From an uncultured Prevotellaceae bacterium (GTDB taxonomy: Bacteria; Bacteroidota; Bacteroidia; Bacteroidales; Bacteroidaceae): a stretch of 47,536 nt of DNA. The notes beneath the pieces are model-generated. The model did no database searches and was not told the DNA's origin. It was given only the letters and a program-made list of their open reading frames with translations. The stretch covers positions 1 to 47,536 of the forward strand of contig CAMKMK010000001.1 in the NCBI GenBank assembly GCA_946413885.1, given 5' to 3'. Of this stretch, positions 17,750-26,828 are shown in pieces (positions within the stretch are counted from its first letter, which is position 1; every line of letters starts with the position of its first letter). Both the position numbers and the translations under genes were made by a program.

Positions 17750-17992
17750 ATGAGTAAAAAAGACGAAGAACTGTCCCTCGAGGAACAGGTGGAGCGTATC
17801 CGCAAGAAAAGGCAACGCTTTGGTCAGTACGATTCCTTGCGCAAATATCTCGATGTCGCTTTCCTCGTGCTGGCAGCCATTGGCTTGATAGTCTATTTTT
17901 CTTCTGATGAGCACAAAATATTGGGTCTGGGCATCATTGGAATAGGCATGATCCTGAAGATAGTGGAACTCTTCATCCGCTTTGTCCTCTGA
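17750..17992 (+). CDS. Small two-TM membrane protein, unknown function
   Basis: 80 aa with a charged N-terminal helix followed by two hydrophobic helices. It is tightly packed between its neighbours. Confidence 0.55.
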   Translation: MSKKDEELSLEEQVERIRKKRQRFGQYDSLRKYLDVAFLVLAAIGLIVYFSSDEHKILGLGIIGIGMILKIVELFIRFVL

Positions 17993-18016
17993 TTGCAGAA
18001 CCAGAAACGCCAAGCC

Positions 18017-20272
18017 ATGCATAGCATTCCTGCATATCGACGTACAATTATCTGTCTGACATTCTTGTTTGGACTCAGCTACTGGGTTTATGGTCAGGAT
18101 ATCCTGCGAAGTCAAGACAGATCTGGTTACGACGAATACAACGAGCCAGGAAATTACAGGGATGATGCGGGCAACAGCTTGTCATGGGGAGGACGTGACA
18201 CGACGAGTCACAAGGATGGAAAGCCCATTCCCATTGGCATCTTTCAATGGGTCATCGATCCCAGGCTGGGCACGGTTATACCTGCAGAGAACAATGATAC
18301 GGTAGTTCACAATTACCAGAACAACAACCTGACGGAAGGCTATACAGGGCAATACAATTTCTTAGGCAATCTGGCAGCACCTCGCCTCAACCGCATCTTC
18401 ATGAATCGCGAACGGGTTTCTGATCAGATCTTCCTGGAACCCTATAGTTTCTTTCGTGGCTCGCTTAGCGATTTCCGTTTCACTAACACCCTTAGCCCTG
18501 TCACCAACCTTGCCTACAACAAATGTGGCAACAACCAGAATGGCGAGGATCGTATCCGTGCCTACTTCGCAAGCAATATCAACAAGATATCTGGCATAGG
18601 GTTCAAGCTCGATTATTCGTATGGACGAGGCTACTATAATGCATCAGCCAACAGCCTTTTTGGCGGAACCGTCTTTGGTTATTATCGAGGCGAGAAGTAC
18701 AGCATGCATGCCTACATCAATGCCAACCACATAAAGACGGGCGAGAATGGAGGTATCGAGAATGACCTCTACATTGTGGACCCACAGAGCTTCCAGACAA
18801 GTTATGGAAGCAAAGACATACCTACCAACCTCAGCGACACGTGGAATCGCAACAACGAACAGAACTTCTACCTAACTCACAACTACAGCGTGGGCATCAC
18901 TCGCGAGATTGAGATTCCTGATTCCCTGAAACCTAAGCCTCCCTCTGAAGCAGAACTGCTGAGCCAACTTAACGACAGCATACGTAATATATTACGTGAG
19001 GACAGCATACGTCGACAGGTAACTGTTGATTCCTTGATGCTTGCCTGGCAGAATTCCCTCGTTATCCCCAAGGAATTCCTACCTGTCACAAGTTTCATCC
19101 ATACGCTCGACATCCGCCGCATGCAGCACACCCATATTGCCAAAAATACACCAAACAGCTGGTACACAAATCATTACTACGGCGCTTGGAACAAGGTGGA
19201 TGACGAGACTGATGCAATGAGTGTACGCAACACTCTGGGTCTCTCCATACGAGAAGGATTCAGCAAATGGGCAGCGATGGGCCTCACAGCATACGCCTCA
19301 CACAAACTCAGGACGTACACCTTGCCAATCCTCCTTGCCGATAGTGTAGGCAGAAACAAATGGACTGAGAATGACATCTCGATTGGAGGCGAGGTGAGCC
19401 GTACCCAGGGACGTGTTATCCACTACAACGCGAATGCTGAGTTCTGGCTTGTGGGAGAGAATCTGGGAGACTTCAATGTGGATGGAACCATTTCGACAAA
19501 CATTCGCACAGGTGAGGCTGACAGCTTGCTCATATCCGCTCATGCCAACCTGCGACACGAGACTCCCTCTTTCTATTTCCGCCACTTCCATTCCCAATCT
19601 GCCTGGTGGGACAATACCAATCTAGACAAGGAACTTCACACACGCATCGAAGGGCAGATAGACGTCAGCAAGTCACACACGAGGCTGAATGTGGGATTTG
19701 AAAACCTGCAAAACTACACCTTCTTTGGAATGAGGAACACCCTGCTCAATGGGAAGGATTCAACGAGTGTCATACCAGCTGATTACAGCCACGAGGTTGC
19801 CGTCATGCAGCACGGCGGAAGCATCCAGATTTTTAGCGCGACACTTAGCCAGGACTTGCATCTGGGACCCGTTCATTGGGACAATGAGGTTACCTACCAG
19901 AAGACATCCAACAAAGATGTCCTGCCTCTGCCTGACGTCTCGATATACAGCAATCTTTACCTGCTTTTCCACATTGCCAAGATACTGCGCGTACAGCTGG
20001 GTGGTGACGTGAGGTATTGGACGTCCTATTATGCTCCTGACTATTCAGCAAACATAGGGCAGTTCGCCGTTCAGGACGCATCCCTTCAGCGTGTCAAGGT
20101 TGGAAACTACCCCATCATTAATGTCTATCTGAACATGCACCTGAAGCGATGTCGCATCTATCTGTCGATGAATCACGTGAACGCAGGTTCAGGGCGATAC
20201 TTCTGGGCGCCTCACTATCCAGTAAACCCACGCAACTTCCATTTTGGCGTAAGCTGGAACTTTTTCAACTAA
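18017..20272 (+). CDS. Putative outer-membrane porin / large beta-barrel protein
   Basis: The start is taken at ATG 18017 (MHSIPAYRR...). It has signal-like LTFLFGLSYWVYGQ, an alternating beta-strand pattern throughout, and a C-terminal aromatic signature FHFGVSWNFFN. Confidence 0.7.
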   Translation: MHSIPAYRRTIICLTFLFGLSYWVYGQDILRSQDRSGYDEYNEPGNYRDDAGNSLSWGGRDTTSHKDGKPIPIGIFQWVIDPRLGTVIPAENNDTVVHNYQNNNLTEGYTGQYNFLGNLAAPRLNRIFMNRERVSDQIFLEPYSFFRGSLSDFRFTNTLSPVTNLAYNKCGNNQNGEDRIRAYFASNINKISGIGFKLDYSYGRGYYNASANSLFGGTVFGYYRGEKYSMHAYINANHIKTGENGGIENDLYIVDPQSFQTSYGSKDIPTNLSDTWNRNNEQNFYLTHNYSVGITREIEIPDSLKPKPPSEAELLSQLNDSIRNILREDSIRRQVTVDSLMLAWQNSLVIPKEFLPVTSFIHTLDIRRMQHTHIAKNTPNSWYTNHYYGAWNKVDDETDAMSVRNTLGLSIREGFSKWAAMGLTAYASHKLRTYTLPILLADSVGRNKWTENDISIGGEVSRTQGRVIHYNANAEFWLVGENLGDFNVDGTISTNIRTGEADSLLISAHANLRHETPSFYFRHFHSQSAWWDNTNLDKELHTRIEGQIDVSKSHTRLNVGFENLQNYTFFGMRNTLLNGKDSTSVIPADYSHEVAVMQHGGSIQIFSATLSQDLHLGPVHWDNEVTYQKTSNKDVLPLPDVSIYSNLYLLFHIAKILRVQLGGDVRYWTSYYAPDYSANIGQFAVQDASLQRVKVGNYPIINVYLNMHLKRCRIYLSMNHVNAGSGRYFWAPHYPVNPRNFHFGVSWNFFN

Positions 20273-20288
20273 TTTAATGAGAGAAAAA

Positions 20289-20424
20289 AGACAACGTGTT
20301 GAGTTGGCAGGAAGAACGTGTTGTCTTTGCAAAGTTAACGTGTTGAGTTGGCAGGAAGAACGTGTTGTCTTTGCGGTTTCAACGTGTTGAAATTCTCAAG
20401 TCAACGTGTTGTCTGATTCAAGGG
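20289..20424. repeat. 22-bp phased repeat array, 6 direct units, core AACGTGTTG
   Basis: Cores start at 20293, 20315, 20337, 20359, 20381 and 20403, with exact 22-nt spacing and all in the same orientation. 38 nt at 20293-20330 are repeated identically at 20337-20374. Confidence 0.95.
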
Positions 20425-21289
20425 CTTGAAGTCGCTTCTGCTCATTCTCAGTAATGCTTCCCCAGAGCAGACAGGAAGCGTGGCTCCAAGCGAACTCAGC
20501 AATCAGCAGGAGGATGGTGCAGACGGCAAAGGCAAATGCTGTAAGCAACCAATAATGAGAGGGCAGGCTTACCATATCGCCCATCGCGATGGATTCAGCA
20601 GCTTCGAGATTGACCAAAGCGATTACCATCATGGGCAAAAGAGCTACAAGCGATACGAGCACCATCAGGATGAATCCCACGAGGTCGAAGGCCAGGATGC
20701 GGCCAAAATAACGCCATCCCTTGACGTATCCCACAAAGCATTGAGCGATGCTCTTGTCGCTGAATCTTATTTCCATGACGACCATTTCGACAGGCACGAA
20801 CAACAGCACGAGAACCAGCAAAACTACAGCCAAAGCCCAGACAGGGAGCTGGAAGATGGCCAAGCCGTAACCCGCCACAAAGAAAAGAAGAAACAGAAGA
20901 AGCATCAGGATCAACAGGCTGCAATCCCTTCTAAAACGCTGGGTGATAAGTGGTCGCAAGGTTTTCATCGTGACTACTGGCTCGTAATCCAAGTCCCGCC
21001 AACGTACCAGCATAGCATCCATCGAAGCGACGTAGAAGAGGCCTCCAAACAGACTGAGAAAGCAGACGACGAGTGAGGCGATCACCATCGACGTTTTAGC
21101 CTCTGATGCCAGTTGCTGAGTGAGCAGACCTGTCAAAGCTGAAAGGACAGCGCAGACGACAAGGGCCGGCCAGATGTAATGAAGGAGGTTGCCAGAGTTG
21201 TTCCAAGCCTGACGGATACCCTCCGTGATGCAACGCACATAGTTACGTTCTTCGCAAACTTTCACCAATTTTTCTGTCTTCGATTCCAT
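20396..21289 (-). CDS. Polytopic membrane protein, unknown function
   Basis: 297 aa with at least 6 predicted hydrophobic helices. The last codons (SDNTLT-stop) are encoded by repeat units of the 22-bp array. Confidence 0.6.
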   Translation of the reverse strand: MESKTEKLVKVCEERNYVRCITEGIRQAWNNSGNLLHYIWPALVVCAVLSALTGLLTQQLASEAKTSMVIASLVVCFLSLFGGLFYVASMDAMLVRWRDLDYEPVVTMKTLRPLITQRFRRDCSLLILMLLLFLLFFVAGYGLAIFQLPVWALAVVLLVLVLLFVPVEMVVMEIRFSDKSIAQCFVGYVKGWRYFGRILAFDLVGFILMVLVSLVALLPMMVIALVNLEAAESIAMGDMVSLPSHYWLLTAFAFAVCTILLLIAEFAWSHASCLLWGSITENEQKRLQALESDNTLT

Positions 21290-21376
21290 CTTTATGATTC
21301 GTTTTCCTCAAATTCGAATACAAATATACGGAATAAAAGCGTATCTTTGCATCGAAACATCTATTTTTTTATCATT

Positions 21377-22366
21377 ATGGATAGCGAGCAAGACATAAAA
21401 TGGGGATTCATAGGTTGCGGAGAGGTTACTGAGAAGAAAAGCGGACCTGCCTTCAGCAAAATTGCTGGGTCGTCAGTAGTGGCTGTCATGAGTCGAAACC
21501 AGGAGAAGGTGGAATCCTACGCACGCAGGCATAACATTCCTCGATGGTACACGGATGCCCAGCAACTGATCGACGACACGGAGGTTAATGCGGTCTATAT
21601 TGCCACTCCACCTTCCTCTCATGCTACCTACGCCATCATGGCCATGAAGGCAGGCAAGCCAGTTTACGTTGAGAAGCCCTTGGCAAGCAGTTATCTGGAT
21701 TGCCAGCGCATCAACCACATCAGCGAGCAAACACGCGTTCCCTGCTTCGTTGCCTATTACCGCCGCTATCTTCCCTATTTCCTGAAGGTGAAAGAACTGG
21801 TCAGACAGAATGCCATAGGGAATGTGATCAGCGTACAGATCAGGTTTGCTGTTCCGCCACGAGATTTGGACTACAACAGCACGAACCTCCCTTGGCGCGT
21901 GCAACGAGACATTGCTGGAGGTGGTTATTTCTATGATCTGGCTCCCCACCAGCTTGACTTCCTTCAGGAGCTACTTGGGCCGATTGTGCGAGCTTATGGA
22001 TACACGGCCAACATGGGAGGGCTTTACCAGACGGAGGATAGCGTGAGTGCTGCCTTCCAATTTGCTTCAGGCTTGCCAGGAAGCGGCTCGTGGAGTTTCG
22101 TCAGTCATGAAAGTGCTCGTACTGACCGCATTGAACTGATAGGCGACCGCGGGCAGATTTGCTTCAGCGTATTCACCTACGACCCCATCGCATTACATAC
22201 CAGCGAAGGACGCCAGGAAATCAGGATTGAGAATCCACCTCACGTACAACTTCCTCTCATCCAGAAGGTTGTGGAACATCTTCAAGGGAAGAGCATCTGC
22301 ACGGCTGATTGTGTGTCAGCCACGAGCGTGAACTGGGTGATGGACAGAATCTTAGGAAAGATTTAG
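21377..22366 (+). CDS. Gfo/Idh/MocA-family NAD(P)-dependent oxidoreductase
   Basis: The start is taken at ATG 21377 (MDSEQDIKWGFIGCGEV, a Rossmann GxGxxG motif). The track extension from 21179 overlaps the divergent gene. EKP motif (VYVEKPLA). Confidence 0.88.
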   Translation: MDSEQDIKWGFIGCGEVTEKKSGPAFSKIAGSSVVAVMSRNQEKVESYARRHNIPRWYTDAQQLIDDTEVNAVYIATPPSSHATYAIMAMKAGKPVYVEKPLASSYLDCQRINHISEQTRVPCFVAYYRRYLPYFLKVKELVRQNAIGNVISVQIRFAVPPRDLDYNSTNLPWRVQRDIAGGGYFYDLAPHQLDFLQELLGPIVRAYGYTANMGGLYQTEDSVSAAFQFASGLPGSGSWSFVSHESARTDRIELIGDRGQICFSVFTYDPIALHTSEGRQEIRIENPPHVQLPLIQKVVEHLQGKSICTADCVSATSVNWVMDRILGKI

Positions 22367-22410
22367 GCAACACGTTCTTACCTATCCCTTTTCATCTTGC
22401 TGGAAAAAAG

Positions 22411-22446
22411 AAATCCTGAGCTCTCAGAAATGAGAACCCAGGATTT
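22411..22446. terminator. Putative bidirectional terminator hairpin between convergent genes
   Basis: AAATCCTG (22411-22418) pairs with CAGGATTT (22439-22446). An inner TCTCA/TGAGA stem is present and the structure is flanked by A/T runs. Confidence 0.5.
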
Positions 22447-22479
22447 TACATTTAGCGATTGCTTAAAGGGGGGAAAACT

Positions 22480-25400
22480 TTACTTCACCAGTTGCTTCTT
22501 GCCGTTGATGATGTAGAGACCCTTCTTCAGCTGCTGACGGTTGGCAAACTTCCTACCTGTCAGGTCGTAGATACCAATTGCCTTGGTGTTGGGCACGCTA
22601 CTGATGATGTCAGAGATGCCAGTACCGCCGTTCTTGATATCCTCCATCTGCTCTTCGCTTACCATACGGAAATGACGAACATAAAGGGTGGTCAGTTCAT
22701 CAGGAATGGGATCGAGACGTATCCTGTCACCAGCCTTACCCCAATCGATTTCCAAAGCATCCGTCATGTCGATGAAGATGTTTTTCCACTCGCCAGGTTC
22801 TGTTGCCTCAAAGTCGAACCAGATCTCGTTGCCAGCCACGATGGGAGAGTAGAATACCTCAGCATTGTGGGCGGTCTCAGTCTGATACTGGAAATAGAGA
22901 TAACGTTCGTTGGTCAGGTCGTACTCCAAGGGAGTGAGGTAAGCGTATGGATCAGGCCCAACGGTGGTGATGAAGTAGCTGAAAGGTGCAACATTTGTCC
23001 ACTCCATATTGTGGGCACCTGAAGCCGTCAGCGTCATGTAGCTGGCATAGGTTGCCTTGACCTGAGCTGCCAAAGCGATTGCCTCCTCTGTAGAGATCTC
23101 AGGATAGTCAGGATCTTCATCATAAGCACCCCATACGCGCTCGCTAATTTCGTTGATGGCATCCTTGTCAGCACCCTCGTATTCAGCAATGTTGTACTCG
23201 CCATAAATAGCCTCTACAACATCCAACAGGTTGACGTATGCCTGCTTACCTTCGTAGATTTGCTGGAAGAGGTTACCTATCTGCTGAACCAAAGCGTACT
23301 TCTCTGCCCCTGTAGAGGCGTTGGGGATGGCATTCACAGCATTCTCCAAAGCTACCTTCAAGGAGAGAGGATAGTTGGGGAACTGCTTGTAGGTCTCGTC
23401 GTCCATATAAATGTACACATTGAGCAGATGATCTGCCGTAATGGACATCTCGTTCAAGGTACGGTCGAGAGCCTCGATAGCGGTAGCGGATTCCACATCG
23501 CCCTGATAGTAGAGACGGAAGTCGCCCAGACGTGTCACGTTGGCTCCATCGACACCAGGAGTGCGTACGCCCACGGTCAGGTTACCGTCAGTCACATTCA
23601 CCACGATGCGGTTCTCATACAACCCGTCAGAGAATGCCAAAGCATGTCCCTGGACAAGTGCAGGAGCGTAACCCACGTCGCTTCCATCCTCAAAGAGGAT
23701 CGTGAAGTTTGTCTCGTCGGCATACTCAGCATCCATAGGCACGTAATCCTCGATGATAGTACGCGTGTAGGTCTGAGCCTCGTTGGCATAGACGAAGGAA
23801 GCATAGTTCAGCGAGTTGTTGTCGCCAAAGGGTCGATAGTTAGCCTTGACGGTCAGCTCATAGATACCGTCCTTCATGCCTGTCAGCGTCTGGGAGAGAT
23901 CAACGGCATTGGTCGAACCAGCTATGTTCTTCAGTTCTGAAGCAGGCGTGTCATAGGTGCTGAAGCTGCCAGCATTCGTGTCCCAACCTTCCTTGGCTAG
24001 GCTGAAGTCTGGATTGACGAGCAGACTGGTGATCTCGCTTCCAGGAGTATAGTCTGAAGCGATGGCCTGAGTCAGCAAGCCGTCCAGATAGGTGGTCTCT
24101 TCCTGAATCTCCTCAGTCGTCAGCTGACGGTTCTTGTCGATGTAGGAATATGATCCGTTGGGGAACTTGCCGCCTGGCTCCTCGTCTTCTGTCAAGTAAG
24201 ATTCTACCACCTCGCGACCAGTACCAGCCATATCAGGATTTGCCTCCAGATAAGCCTTTACTTCCTCTACCTTATTCATATAGGCAGCGTAAGCGTCCAT
24301 GCTGGCTTGTGCGACAGCCTTCTTGGCGTAGAGTGCTTCGTAGGCATCGAGGAAGTCAGCCAGGACATTTATCTCGCTCAACGCATTGACATCTGCCTCG
24401 TAATCCTCTTGCAGGGCGGAAGTATAGGGATACTCGCTGCTCCAGTCCAACTCAGCCAGTACCACATCGTCGCGGAAGCTGGTGAAGTTCTCCTCAGTCA
24501 TGGAGGCATAGCTGCCATCAGGGAGCTGATATACGCGAGCGTGCGTCTTATCCCACGTGGGGCAAGTGTCTTCGCCGATATTCTGATACCAGGTGGGGCT
24601 GAGGAAGGTGTTTCCGTTCAGCGTGTAGCAAAGCTCACCACTTGCAGCTATCTCAGAGCAGTCTGCAAAGCAATTGTTCATGGCTGAGGCACCAGCCGCC
24701 AAAGGACCCTCGTACGTTGACCAGCAGTTGTTTAGCGTAGAAGAAGCTGCCTCACCGCTGATACCGCCTATCTGCTCATGTGTGGTAGCCAGAAGGAGGT
24801 CGCCTGCCGTGAAGCAGTTCGTAACGGTGGATACATGCATCTCACCACCCAGCACACCCGTGCGGACGCTTGCATTGCTGACCATCTCAGCATTCACGAT
24901 ACCCAGGTTCTTTACCGTTGCGCTATAGGTGCGGCTAAAGAAACCTACCTCTCTCGTGTCATCGCGCGTCACCTTCAGGTTGTAGATGATGTGGTTCTGA
25001 CCATCGAACACACCAGAGAAAGAGGTGTTGACCATACCTGCCTCGTCAGAGTAGAGGCCGATGGGAGTAAAGTTCTCGACAGGAGTCAAGTCGATATCAT
25101 TATCCAGCTTGGCCTTGACGGAAGTAGAACCTCCGTTGACCATCTCAGCGAACTTCAAGAGTTGCGTGTACCACTGGATGTGATAGTATCCATCAGCATC
25201 CGTCGTCATGAAGCCAGGCATCTCCTGACCGCAATTCACGCAGATACCGTATTCATATACGTGATCAGGAATCACAACCTCATTGGGAGTGTTCGAGTAA
25301 GTGATCTCGCCACCTTCCTTGGCAGAGCCGTCGCAGTTGAACTCACCTTGGGCATAGACTCTTCCGCGAGAGGAATCCAAAGTGGGCAGATTGTCCTCAC

Positions 25401-26682
25401 CAATTGTCTGGAACCATACAATCTCCTTCTGGTCGCCGTTCAGACGGAAGGTTGCCTCGCCACTACGGAAAGCATCGACGGGCAGATCGCTGTAGCAATC
25501 AATCATGTAGGAGGCGTAGGTACCTGTAACAGCACCCTCAGATACGCAATATTCCTCTGTACCAATGCGAACTTTATTGTCGTCAGCAGCATCGCCTATC
25601 AGTCTTCCAGCACGTGGATAAGCCTGAATGTCGTTGCCACACTCCCAGCAGCGGCTTACCGTACCGCCGTAGTTTCCAGCCACCAGGGCAGCCACGATCT
25701 CGTTCGTGTGGATCACGGTACTGTTCGTCACGTAGCAGTTTTCCACGCGGCCCTCCATCAGCTGACCAACCAGGGCAGCAAAGCGTCCGCCGTAAGGCTC
25801 TTTCTCACCAAAGTCAAACGTGTAGTAGTCCACACCCAGGTCGCGAACCGTACCCGTAACCAAGCCGAACACACCGCTTGACCCGTAGAGGGGATTGTAG
25901 GGAGCCGTCAGGTACTTGATGACGTGCTTCTGACCCTCGAAGATACCGGCAAAGCCCAGATTCGACTTGGCAGCACCCGTTGAATAGGAGTCACCATTGT
26001 CTATCACGCCGATGGGGCAATAGTCCGTCACCTCGCTCATGTCCAGGTCAGCCGTCAGACGTGCATTGGCAGTACGGTACATGCCTGAGTTCACGATACG
26101 CGCGAATTCCTGCAGGTCAGCAGGCGTACTGATGATCCAGTAGCCATCCTCGCCCTGCGTCAGGTGAATCTCGCCCACATCCGTCGTATGGCGTTTCTCG
26201 TACTCAGCCTGAGAGATGATCTCAATGTTGCGAACATCAATCTCCAAGCCTGCCTGCTCGCCCGTGTCCATACGCATGTTGTCGTTCTTCTTACCCCAAC
26301 CAAATTTCTGGCGACTGCCGGAAATGTTCACATACTTCACCGTCCAATCCTCAGCCATGGGGAAAGCAAATACCTGCTCACGACCTGCCGCAATGGGAGA
26401 GAAGAAGAACTCTGCATTGCCAATCGTCTGAGGGCATTTGTACTCCATCGTCACCCAAATCTCATCGTCAGTCAGGTCACGAGGCAAACGGCTCATCTGG
26501 ATGTAGGGGTCGCCGTTCAGGCTCACGATGTGGTACTCGTAGTCACCTGTTTGCTCGATGCTCATGCCGTTCTGAGTGGAACGGTTCAAGGTCAGGTAAC
26601 CCAGAGGCTCTGGCCCATCGTCTTGGCCAAAGGCACATACAGCCATTAAAGCTGTCAACAGAAAAAGTAGTTTTCTTTTCAT
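22480..26682 (-). CDS. 1400-aa secreted surface protein with a T9SS C-terminal sorting domain; internal duplicated modules
   Basis: Signal peptide MKRKLLFLLTALMAVCAFGQ. The C-terminus ...GIYDLTGRKFANRQQLKKGLYIINGKKQLVK is typical of Por/T9SS tails. It has two GLUG-like modules (FAGIFEGQKHVI..., FSGVFDGQNHII...) and homologous domains at the N- and C-ends. Confidence 0.85.
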   Translation of the reverse strand: MKRKLLFLLTALMAVCAFGQDDGPEPLGYLTLNRSTQNGMSIEQTGDYEYHIVSLNGDPYIQMSRLPRDLTDDEIWVTMEYKCPQTIGNAEFFFSPIAAGREQVFAFPMAEDWTVKYVNISGSRQKFGWGKKNDNMRMDTGEQAGLEIDVRNIEIISQAEYEKRHTTDVGEIHLTQGEDGYWIISTPADLQEFARIVNSGMYRTANARLTADLDMSEVTDYCPIGVIDNGDSYSTGAAKSNLGFAGIFEGQKHVIKYLTAPYNPLYGSSGVFGLVTGTVRDLGVDYYTFDFGEKEPYGGRFAALVGQLMEGRVENCYVTNSTVIHTNEIVAALVAGNYGGTVSRCWECGNDIQAYPRAGRLIGDAADDNKVRIGTEEYCVSEGAVTGTYASYMIDCYSDLPVDAFRSGEATFRLNGDQKEIVWFQTIGEDNLPTLDSSRGRVYAQGEFNCDGSAKEGGEITYSNTPNEVVIPDHVYEYGICVNCGQEMPGFMTTDADGYYHIQWYTQLLKFAEMVNGGSTSVKAKLDNDIDLTPVENFTPIGLYSDEAGMVNTSFSGVFDGQNHIIYNLKVTRDDTREVGFFSRTYSATVKNLGIVNAEMVSNASVRTGVLGGEMHVSTVTNCFTAGDLLLATTHEQIGGISGEAASSTLNNCWSTYEGPLAAGASAMNNCFADCSEIAASGELCYTLNGNTFLSPTWYQNIGEDTCPTWDKTHARVYQLPDGSYASMTEENFTSFRDDVVLAELDWSSEYPYTSALQEDYEADVNALSEINVLADFLDAYEALYAKKAVAQASMDAYAAYMNKVEEVKAYLEANPDMAGTGREVVESYLTEDEEPGGKFPNGSYSYIDKNRQLTTEEIQEETTYLDGLLTQAIASDYTPGSEITSLLVNPDFSLAKEGWDTNAGSFSTYDTPASELKNIAGSTNAVDLSQTLTGMKDGIYELTVKANYRPFGDNNSLNYASFVYANEAQTYTRTIIEDYVPMDAEYADETNFTILFEDGSDVGYAPALVQGHALAFSDGLYENRIVVNVTDGNLTVGVRTPGVDGANVTRLGDFRLYYQGDVESATAIEALDRTLNEMSITADHLLNVYIYMDDETYKQFPNYPLSLKVALENAVNAIPNASTGAEKYALVQQIGNLFQQIYEGKQAYVNLLDVVEAIYGEYNIAEYEGADKDAINEISERVWGAYDEDPDYPEISTEEAIALAAQVKATYASYMTLTASGAHNMEWTNVAPFSYFITTVGPDPYAYLTPLEYDLTNERYLYFQYQTETAHNAEVFYSPIVAGNEIWFDFEATEPGEWKNIFIDMTDALEIDWGKAGDRIRLDPIPDELTTLYVRHFRMVSEEQMEDIKNGGTGISDIISSVPNTKAIGIYDLTGRKFANRQQLKKGLYIINGKKQLVK

Positions 26683-26752
26683 GCGATTTCAGTTTTTATT
26701 GTTAATCAATATCAGTTATTTTACACTCGTTCAAAACTCTCATTTTCTACCA

Positions 26753-26784
26753 CAAAGATACAACAAAAATCCGAGACTACCAAA
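26753..26784 (-). promoter_or_regulatory. Putative Bacteroidota sigma-A promoter for the 1400-aa surface protein gene
   Basis: On the minus strand TTTG (26781-26784) is followed by a 20-nt spacer and then TATCTTTG (26753-26760). It lies about 70 nt upstream of the ATG at 26682. Confidence 0.5.
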
Positions 26785-26828
26785 CGTTTCTGCTTTTTTT
26801 TCTAATAAGGTGCGGAAAAAAGAAAAAC

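Noticed and set aside
20289-20424. CRISPR array as an explanation for the 22-bp periodic repeats
   Set aside because: A period of 22 nt, made of a 9-nt core plus 13 nt, is far too short. The inter-core segments are themselves conserved between units and loci, so they are not unique spacers. There are no cas genes.
21179-21376. N-terminal extensions proposed by the track (21179 for the oxidoreductase, 3034 for nqrE, 30545 for hisH, 17142 and 17993 TTG starts)
   Set aside because: The extensions overlap neighbouring genes or intergenic promoters and add non-homologous residues. Internal ATGs give canonical N-termini: a Rossmann GxGxxG motif, [17 protein letters not shown] and signal peptides.
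23260-25881. Long plus-strand ORFs (226 aa at 23260-23940, 367 aa at 24778-25881, and others) antisense to the 1400-aa surface protein gene
   Set aside because: These are antisense shadows in a relatively GC-rich gene. The minus-strand product has a signal peptide, repeated domains and a T9SS tail, while the plus-strand translations are featureless.
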